Source: a virus (Duplodnaviria; Caudoviricetes). Taken from it: a stretch of DNA of 33,823 nucleotides. Numbering within the stretch: position 1 is the stretch's first letter; every line of letters begins with the position of its first letter. The stretch spans positions 1-33,823 of the IMG/VR virus record IMGVR_UViG_3300012667_000562, one strand, 5' to 3'. This document shows positions 17,008 to 25,100 of this stretch, in pieces. The translations under genes and the position numbers were made by a program. The notes under the pieces were generated by a model. It was not told the origin of the DNA. It saw only the letters and a list, made by a program, of their open reading frames with translations, and did not search any database.

Positions 17008-17715
17008 ATGAACGGACTGACTGAACGCTACCGCACCCTGGGCGAGCTGATGACCGAGCTGCGCGCCCGGCTGGGCTTTGTCACGCAGGGCAGCGCCAGC
17101 AAGAACAACGACACGGTTATCAAGTCCTTCTTGCAGGAGGCACACGACTACGTGTTTGGCGAGCTGGAGCCGCCAGCCATGCGCAAGAAAACCGTCATCA
17201 ACCTGGTGGCGGGCTCTTACCTGTACGACTGGCACAACGACGAGGAAGACGAGGACATTGACCCCGGCCGCGTGCTGTCCGTGTGGCTGAAGGAAACCGA
17301 AAACATCCGCTCCCCGCTGCGCCAAGGCATCACCGAGCATGACCGCAGCCTGAACGACATTCGCCAGCAACCCGAAAAGTATGACCACCTGAATGGGCAG
17401 ATTGAGCTGTGGCCCATTCCAGACCAAGCCTATGCCCTGCTGATTGAGTACACGGCCGACAAGCCACGCTTTGACCGCGCCAGTGACCGCCCCGGCGTGC
17501 CTGACCGGCTGGTGTTCCTGTACGCCCTGGCCAATGCCAAGGCGCATTACCGGCACCCGGATGCGCAGGCTTCGGCCACCAGCTTCCAGAACATGATGAA
17601 CAAGGAGAAAAACCGCCAGAAGGAAAACAAGCGGTTCTTCATGCAGGGCGAGACCACGCGCGGCGATCAGCAAGTGGCACGCACGGCAAACGGTGGCTAC
17701 ACGCTCAGAAGCTGA
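17008..17715 (+). CDS. Head-to-tail adaptor (P22 gp4/T7 gp11-like)
   Basis: TL.EL..ELR.RLG N-terminus, IELWP.PDQAY; position before the nozzle. Confidence 0.7.
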   Translation: MNGLTERYRTLGELMTELRARLGFVTQGSASKNNDTVIKSFLQEAHDYVFGELEPPAMRKKTVINLVAGSYLYDWHNDEEDEDIDPGRVLSVWLKETENIRSPLRQGITEHDRSLNDIRQQPEKYDHLNGQIELWPIPDQAYALLIEYTADKPRFDRASDRPGVPDRLVFLYALANAKAHYRHPDAQASATSFQNMMNKEKNRQKENKRFFMQGETTRGDQQVARTANGGYTLRS

Positions 17716-17716
17716 T

Positions 17717-19117
17717 ATGTCTGTCATTCACTTTGACCGCTTCGACCTTGGCATTGATCTGCGCAAGGGCGCGTCCGTGTCGGATGCGAACCGCCTGCTG
17801 CAGATGAAAAACGCCTATGTCACCACGGGCTTGGCCACGGCAAAGCGCCCCGGCCTGGTGAAAGTGGCTGATCTTGAGGCGGGCACCAAAGGGCTGTTCC
17901 CAGCATTCAGCAAGCTGCACACGTTCTATGGCGACGGCACCATCACGCACGCCAATACGCTGTTTCAGGCCAACAAGGTGGTGTATTCCGGTGGTGCCCA
18001 GGCGGTGGCCGACGTGCCGTTTGCCGACGTGTTCAACGGCTACATCTACTCTGCTGTGCAGTACGCGGGCGGGCAGATTGAGCATCACTACCTGGACGGC
18101 AGCCCGGCCACGCATGTGGCTGATGCCAACTGCCCGGACACCAAAGCCGTCATCAAGCTGGCCAGCAAGATTTTTGCAGTGGGCTCTGGCAGCGGTGACG
18201 TGGTGCGCTACTCCAAGACCGGCGACCCGCGCGACTGGACAACGGCCAGCGATGCGGGCTTTCTGCCCACGGGTTTGAACAGTCGCGGAGACCGCTCGAC
18301 CAACGCGCTGGGCATCTACCAAAGCAAGCTGGTGGCGCTGTCAAAAGACGGTGCGCAGGTGTGGACGGTAGACCCTGACCCCACCAACATGAAGCTGGAC
18401 ACCATTGTGGAAAACGTGGGCACCAGCTTCCCGCGCACGGTGGCCAACGTGGCCGGTGATCTGTACTTCTTGAGCGACTACGGGTTTCGCTCCATCACCA
18501 CGCTGCAACTGACCAACAACCTGGCCGACGTGGATGTGGGCTCACCCATTGATGCACTGGTGCGGCCAGAAACCAAGGTGCCGGGCGTCAACCCCAAGGC
18601 CTTCTACTTCTATGGCACGGGCCAGTACGTGTGCGCCATTGGCAACCGCCTGTTTGTGTACTCCATCAGCCGCACGGCCAAGATTGCCGCCTGGAGCCAG
18701 TATTTCCTGAGCCAGCCGGTGGACGCCTTTGCGGAGCTGGGCCAAGTGCTTTACATCCGCTCGGGTGACGCTGTTTACAAGCTGGACGACGCGGTAAGCG
18801 CTGACGACGGCACGCAATACGAAGTGCTGGTGCAGTTGCCCTACATGAACCTGAAAAAGCCCGGCAGCCTCAAGCGCGTGTATGGGCTCGATGTTGTGGT
18901 GGAGGGCAGTTGCTATGTGTCGGTGGGGTTTGACGTGCAAGACCCTGACGCATTCACCCCCGAGGTGAAGGTGAAGGGCAACACCCGAGGCGGCGGGATG
19001 ATTTCTGTGGAGTGCACGGGCACCGAGTTTTCATTGCGCTTTCGAAACTACGACAACAAGCCTTTCCGGCTGGATGCCGTGAGCCTGCACTTTGATGATC
19101 TGGGAATCATCAGTTGA
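17717..19117 (+). CDS. Tail nozzle/hub protein (P22 gp10/T7 gp12-like)
   Basis: Beta-rich; KRPGL near the N-terminus, YS...P.DW, YFLSD.G, AWS motifs. Confidence 0.75.
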   Translation: MSVIHFDRFDLGIDLRKGASVSDANRLLQMKNAYVTTGLATAKRPGLVKVADLEAGTKGLFPAFSKLHTFYGDGTITHANTLFQANKVVYSGGAQAVADVPFADVFNGYIYSAVQYAGGQIEHHYLDGSPATHVADANCPDTKAVIKLASKIFAVGSGSGDVVRYSKTGDPRDWTTASDAGFLPTGLNSRGDRSTNALGIYQSKLVALSKDGAQVWTVDPDPTNMKLDTIVENVGTSFPRTVANVAGDLYFLSDYGFRSITTLQLTNNLADVDVGSPIDALVRPETKVPGVNPKAFYFYGTGQYVCAIGNRLFVYSISRTAKIAAWSQYFLSQPVDAFAELGQVLYIRSGDAVYKLDDAVSADDGTQYEVLVQLPYMNLKKPGSLKRVYGLDVVVEGSCYVSVGFDVQDPDAFTPEVKVKGNTRGGGMISVECTGTEFSLRFRNYDNKPFRLDAVSLHFDDLGIIS

Positions 19118-19118
19118 G

Positions 19119-19153
19119 ATTTATCCGCCACAGCCCAGAACCCACGAAAAAAT
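19119..19153 (+). promoter_or_regulatory. Putative late promoter copy 4 (before ejection-protein operon)
   Basis: ATTTATCCG-N20-AAAAAT, 7 nt before ATG 19161, which has no SD. Confidence 0.6.
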
Positions 19154-19160
19154 CGACACC

Positions 19161-19607
19161 ATGAACAACACCGAAGGCCGCATTGAATGGTTTGGTGGCG
19201 ACCCGCACGGGCTGGCCATGTACCGCTTGCTTGTCGATTTGGCGCACACCTGGGATGACCTGGTGGACAAAGACAAGCCAGTGAGCGAGTCGGACATCAA
19301 CACCGCATTTTTGATTTGCCTGGTGCACCTGCCCATCAACCCGTTTTATGCACGCATCCAGCATGCGGTGATGCCGATGTGGCTGACGGTGGTATCGGCC
19401 TACGAGGCGGCCAACCAGTTTGAACGAGACAAAGACCCGCACGGGCTGGAGATTGCGCATGTGCTGCGCTATGCGGCAGGCCAGATCATCGCCTACGGCA
19501 TGTTGGTGGCGCTGGGTGCTGAGGATGCGCGCAAGTACGTCCCGGAAATGTGGAAGGCCGTTGTGGCCGAGCGCTTTGAGCCGTATCGGCAGGAGAGGAT
19601 GCAATGA
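19161..19607 (+). CDS. Small alpha-helical DDxxD protein (isoprenoid-synthase/prenyltransferase-like)
   Basis: 148 aa; helix LLVDLAHTWDDLVDKD; ATGA-coupled to ejection protein 1. Confidence 0.6.
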   Translation: MNNTEGRIEWFGGDPHGLAMYRLLVDLAHTWDDLVDKDKPVSESDINTAFLICLVHLPINPFYARIQHAVMPMWLTVVSAYEAANQFERDKDPHGLEIAHVLRYAAGQIIAYGMLVALGAEDARKYVPEMWKAVVAERFEPYRQERMQ

Positions 19608-20407
19608 GTGTTTTGAAATGGGTATTGAATTGCCTGCAATTTGCGGGTGTGTTTGGCCTGCACATTGGTGGCGGTGGCGGCGGGGGCGATCCGGGCGCAG
19701 CAGCTCGGGAGCAAGAAGCAGCACGCCAAGAGCGCGTGCGTGCGGCCACGGACGCAATCAATGCGATTTTCAACAACCAGGTGCAGAAGACCCGCACCGT
19801 GCAGCAGCCCAACCCGCTGAATGGCATCTTCGGCATCAACGCGCCGGGCGTGACGGCAGAGGAAACCTACTGGGTGGACGGCGACCCGGCCAACTCGCGC
19901 GACAAGCTCTATGCCGACCAGCGCAGCGCCGTGTACGACCTGAACAAGCGCGAAGTGGACCGCCAGGCTTCCGAGGCCGAGCGCATGAATCGCTTTGGTT
20001 TGGCGCGCACGGGCCTGATGGGTGGGTCAGTCAACGTGGACAGCGTGGCAGACCTGAACCGCCGCACCAATGAAGGCCTGATGCGCGCGGGCGGCATTGC
20101 TGACCAAGCATCTGCAGACCTGAAAACGGCTGACGAGCGTACCCGCTCCAACCTAATCAGCTTGGCGCAGTCCGGCATCGACACCGGCACGGCTGCACAA
20201 CAGGCATTGAAGGGCCTGGAAGTGAACTCTGCCAATGCGGCAGGCGCACGGGCGGGCTCTACGGTGGGCGGGCTGTTCAATGACATGAGCCAGGCCTATT
20301 TGATTAACCAGCAGAACCAAGGCCGCCAAGCTGGGATGCAGTACGGCAACCAGTGGACGGGTGTTTCGTCACCCACCCAGCGCTACCAAGGCAACACAGG
20401 AGGCTGA
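19604..20407 (+). CDS. Ejection (internal virion) protein 1
   Basis: Leader followed by poly-Gly; Q/A/G/N-rich; LARTGL.GGS motif; position after the nozzle. Confidence 0.7.
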   Translation: MSVLKWVLNCLQFAGVFGLHIGGGGGGGDPGAAAREQEAARQERVRAATDAINAIFNNQVQKTRTVQQPNPLNGIFGINAPGVTAEETYWVDGDPANSRDKLYADQRSAVYDLNKREVDRQASEAERMNRFGLARTGLMGGSVNVDSVADLNRRTNEGLMRAGGIADQASADLKTADERTRSNLISLAQSGIDTGTAAQQALKGLEVNSANAAGARAGSTVGGLFNDMSQAYLINQQNQGRQAGMQYGNQWTGVSSPTQRYQGNTGG

Positions 20408-20411
20408 AAAA

Positions 20412-21146
20412 ATGGACCCGTTCACCATAGCAGCCCTTGTCGCGGCAGTAGCCGGGGCAGGGATGCAATACAAAGCCAGCACCGACGCACAAGAGCGCCA
20501 GCAGCGTGAAATCGCGGCCAGCCTGGAAGCGCAAAAGAAGCTGCAGATGGAAGCCGAGGCCAAAGCCATGGGAGCGGCCAAGACCTACGAAACGCCCAAG
20601 CGCGCAGCCGAGCAGGAGCAACTGGCCACCGAGATTGAGCAGTCGCTGATTCAGCCGGTCAGCGAAAGCCAAGCCATTCGCGCGCAGCAGCAGACCACTC
20701 AGGGCGATGTGTCGGACGACTACACAACCGCCAAGGCAGCGTCTGACCTGGAGACTGTCAAGCAGGCCGAGCAACTGGCCCGCTTGCTGGGCAAGACCAC
20801 CAGCGCCAGCCGGTTGCGCATGAATGAAGGCATCCGCCTGATGGACACCGGCCAAGCCGTTGACCAACTGGGCAACTTCAGCCGTGGGCAGCAAGGTGCC
20901 GACAACATTGCCATCAACCAAGCCGGGCAAGTAGACCCCGGCCAGATGTTCTTGGGCTCTTTGCTTCAGTCGGCAGGCTCTGCCGGGATGATGTACGGCG
21001 GTGGCGCACCGGCCAGCAAGTCGGCGTTTGAGCTGGGCCCCATGTCACTTAGCAGCAACCCCAATGCAGCCTTGGGCGCTGGCCTGAAGCCTGGCATGGG
21101 TGTGGGCTTGAAGGCACCTAACGGCCTTCGCATTCTGGGGATGTAA
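20412..21146 (+). CDS. Ejection protein 2
   Basis: MDPFTIAALVAAVAGAG hydrophobic N-terminus, Q/A coiled-coil, Gly-rich C-terminus. Confidence 0.7.
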   Translation: MDPFTIAALVAAVAGAGMQYKASTDAQERQQREIAASLEAQKKLQMEAEAKAMGAAKTYETPKRAAEQEQLATEIEQSLIQPVSESQAIRAQQQTTQGDVSDDYTTAKAASDLETVKQAEQLARLLGKTTSASRLRMNEGIRLMDTGQAVDQLGNFSRGQQGADNIAINQAGQVDPGQMFLGSLLQSAGSAGMMYGGGAPASKSAFELGPMSLSSNPNAALGAGLKPGMGVGLKAPNGLRILGM

Positions 21147-21148
21147 CC

Positions 21149-22156
21149 ATGAAATTCACACTCGATGCCGGAGGCGCGCAAGCCGCTGGCCAAGGCATTG
21201 GCAACATCTTCAAGGCCTACGTGATGGGGCCGCAGATTCGCCAGCAGGCCGAGCAGGAGGCCATCAAGAGCGCGGCCGACATTTACTACCGCCAAATGGC
21301 TGGCAACAAATACGGCGCAGAGGCCGGGAAGCTGAGCCAAGAGACCGAGGGCTTGCGCATGACCAACGCGGCGCGCTCAGGCCCGATTGACAGCGCGCTA
21401 CCGGCCAACTTGCAGACGGCATTCAAGCTGTTTCAGGCAACTGGCGACACCAACATGGAGCGCTTCGCCAACGCTGGCACGGAGATTCAAACCCAAGGCA
21501 TCCGAGACCAAGCGGTGGCCAATGTAGGCAACCTGGACGCCATGAACCGGCTGAACACGCTGGCCAAGCCGGGCGAGACCTACATGCCATTCAAGGCGGT
21601 GGGCGAAACGGGCGGGGCCATTGACCAAGCCACCGGCCAGGGCGTGGTGTTTGATGCCGTGCTGCGCAAGCTGTTCTCTGACGAGTCTGGCGCAGAGGTG
21701 GCGCGTGACCGTGGCGCTGCGAATGCGTCCAACGCATCGGCCAGCAAGTACAGCGCAGAAGCGGACATTGAGCGCCAGAAGGGCAATACCTTGCGTGAAA
21801 CCGGCGTACTGCCCGGCACGCGCGGCACTGGTGGCCGTGGTGATCCAAACATTGACCGGGCTATTGATGACGCACGGGCTGAATACGCTGTGCGCTATCC
21901 CGTCGGCATGACTGGCACACGCAAAGGCGCGCCCGACTTTGACGCCTACTTGCGCGAGTGGCTGGGCAAGCGCGGCATTCCTGAGTCTGCCTACTTTGGC
22001 GGTGCACCGGCAGCCAACAAAAATCCGGCACCAGCGCCAGCGCAACCAACAATTGCGCAAGCCCCTCCCCAAAAAGAACGCAAGCCAAACACGGTGTACC
22101 AGACGCCAAAAGGCCCAATGAAGTGGACTGGGACAGGGTGGCTGCCAGCAAACTAA
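21149..22156 (+). CDS. Ejection protein 3
   Basis: A/G/Q-rich; C-terminal VYQTPKGPMKWTGTGW mini-domain. Confidence 0.68.
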   Translation: MKFTLDAGGAQAAGQGIGNIFKAYVMGPQIRQQAEQEAIKSAADIYYRQMAGNKYGAEAGKLSQETEGLRMTNAARSGPIDSALPANLQTAFKLFQATGDTNMERFANAGTEIQTQGIRDQAVANVGNLDAMNRLNTLAKPGETYMPFKAVGETGGAIDQATGQGVVFDAVLRKLFSDESGAEVARDRGAANASNASASKYSAEADIERQKGNTLRETGVLPGTRGTGGRGDPNIDRAIDDARAEYAVRYPVGMTGTRKGAPDFDAYLREWLGKRGIPESAYFGGAPAANKNPAPAPAQPTIAQAPPQKERKPNTVYQTPKGPMKWTGTGWLPAN

Positions 22157-22167
22157 CGAGGTACTGA

Positions 22168-25100
22168 ATGCGCGAACTGTCCGACGACGAAGTTTTTGGG
22201 GCAACAAAGGAACTGTCGGACGCCGACGTTTTTGGTACTGGGGCCGCACCGGAAGCAAGCTGGAAAGACAACCTGCTTGACCCCTTGGCAATGGGCCTGA
22301 AGATCGGCCCAACTGCCGTCAAGGGCGTGGCCGACATTGCCCGCCTGTTGACTGGTGATCGTGTGGGCGTTGACACGTCCAACGCCATGAAGACCGGCAT
22401 GGAGTCCATTGACCAAGTGGTGGGCTCTGACGCCTTGCGTGCACAGAAAACCGCCGTCAATCAGGCGCTGCAAGACCAATCCATTGGCCTGACCGACTTG
22501 CCCCGCATTCTGTTGGACAACCCGCGCGCATCCGCTGATGCGGCCGTGTCCACCATTGGCTCGATGTTCCTGCCCACGGGTGTGGCGGCCGGTGTCACGA
22601 AAGCGCTGCCACTTGCTGCCCGCCTTGCGCCAGCAGCGGCGCGCATTGCCCCGACTGCAGCGGCCACGGGCGCATCGGTGGTGACGGGTGCCGCACAGAA
22701 CGCTGCAGAAACCTTTGCCGACACGGAAGGCCAGGACATGGCTGACCGCTACACGGGCGCTGGCATCAGCGGTGCCGCATCCCTGTTGCTTGGCCGCTTG
22801 CTGGGTGGCGGTGCCGAAGGCGTGGTGGCTCGCCGCATGGCTGGTGAAGCTGGCGCACGCGGCGCGCTGGCGGTGGGCAAATCTGCCTTGAAGACCGGCG
22901 CAAAAGAGTTTGGCCAAGAGTTTGGCGAAGAATCGTCCAACTATGTCGGCAAGCAAGTGGCCAAGAACGAGGCCATTGACCCCAACACCATGGGCAAGCA
23001 AGGCCTGTACGGCGGAATTCTTGGCTTTGGTGTGGGTGGCGTGTCTGACGTGGCTACCAGCCTGGGCGACGTGAAAGGCCGCGCACCGCAGCCAGAGCCT
23101 CAACCAGCCCCGCAACCAGCCCCACAACCAGATCAAGCACCCGTCACCAGTGAGCTGGTGCAGCGGATTCTTGGAGCCATTGAGCAAACGCAGGATGTCA
23201 AAGACCCGCCGCAGCGAACCGCGCAACCCGAAGCCCAAGCCCCGGCAGTTGAAACGCCAGCGCCAGCAGGAATTGATGCTGCCGCCACCGATGGAGTACC
23301 CGCAGCACCTGCCGCCCCCAGTGTGGAAACCGCTGGGGTAGAGCTGCCCGACGTGTCTACAAACACGCCGGAAATGAACACATCCACGGAACGTGCACAG
23401 AAAACGCCGGAAATTGAACAAGTCCCGGTCACGCAGCCTGCACAGCCGACGCAGGATGCACCCATTCTGCAAAACCGCAACCGCGCAACGCCATCCAGCA
23501 TTGCGCAGATGCAGAGCATTGCCGCCAATCCTGACTATGGACGGCTGGGCTTTTCGCGCGACTTTGCCAATGGTGCCCCGGTGGTGGCCGGTGGCCAGGT
23601 AGCGCCCGAGCAACTGGGCCGCCAGGATGTGGCCGTGGCCAGTGATGGCCGCCGCATCCCCGTGCAATACGCCGTGGTGGAAGCCGCTGACGTGCTGCCG
23701 TCAAACCGTGCGGACGGCACGCCCAACGCTGACTATGGCAACCAGACGGTGCAGCGCATCCGCGCCATTGCAGGCAATGGCCGCATCGCAGGCCTGCAGG
23801 CTGCGCACAGCAAAGGCACGACGGCCAACTATTTGAACGAGCTGCAAGGCGATCCGCTGCATGGCGTGAGCCCTGACGTGATCCGCTCCATGCGCGCGCC
23901 CGTGCTGGTGCGCGTGATGCCCAACGATCAGGTGACGGCCGACATTGGCGACGTGTCCAACACGGTGGGCAACCTGAATTTGTCCGCCGTGGAGCAAGCC
24001 AACAACGATGCCCAGCGCATCAACCTGGACGCTCTGCAGTTTTCTGAGGATGGCGGCATCACGGCAGAGGCGGTGCGCCAGTTTGTGCGCGCCATGCCGC
24101 AGGCCGAGCAAGGCGGATTGATCGACACCAACGGCCAGCCCACCAAGCAGGCGGTTGACCGTATCAGCGCGGCCGTGTTTGCCAAGGCCTACGGCAACGA
24201 CCAACTGGTGCGCCTGTTCGCCCAGGCGCAAGACCCAGAGGCCCGCGTCATTCTGTCTGCGCTGGCGCAGGTAGCGCCAAAGATGGCCCGCCTGGAAGGT
24301 GCCGGTGCGCTGGACATTCGTGGCGTGGTGACGCAGGCCGCAGAGATTGCGGTGAATGCACGCCGCGAGGGCAAGCCCTTGGCCCGTGCTGCGCAGCAGT
24401 TGGACATGGCCGCTGACCCTGATGTGGCGGTGTTCCTTGACCTGTTTGCAGCCAACCCGCGCAGCGTGAAGCCGGTGGTGGATGCACTAAGTAACGTGGC
24501 CGATTTTGCTTACACTGAAGCGACCAAGCCCACCGAAGACATGTTTGGCGAAGTGCCGCGCGCAAGCCGTGCGGATGTACTCAATCAACTGAAGCCGCAA
24601 AATGAACAACGAAGCCAAGAAAATCTGGAAGACGCCGCAGGGCGTGGGCCTGCTCAAGTCGATGATGGCCGGGCAGAAGCCAACACCCGAGCAACAGAAG
24701 ACACTGCAGCAACTGAAGCGGGCCGACCCACCCAAGAAGAAGTCCTAACCAGCTACACCCCGGAGGAAGTCACCCAGCGCCAAGACCAGCAAGAGCAGGC
24801 CGAGCTCCAGCGCCAGCAGCAAGACCGCGAATCCGAGCAACGCGCCCAGGCAGACGCCGAGCGCAACGACTTCACCCTGACCGGCAGCAACCGTGATGCA
24901 GACGTGGCCGCAGCGCGTGGCCAGACGGACATTTTCAGCGCGCCAGCAGAGTCCGACACCACGAAAGATTCCGGGCCTGAAATCCCGGTAAACGAAAGTC
25001 GCCCAGCCCCAAGCGCAAAGACCATTGACGACTTTGGCGAAAAGCTGGGTGGTGCCAAGAAAGACATGGCACCGTCGCTGACCAAAGAGCTAACCGACGA

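Noticed and set aside
23978-24012. ATTTGTCCG as a late-promoter copy
   Set aside because: Deep inside a CDS, and the hexamer at 20 nt (GATGCC) is not -10-like.
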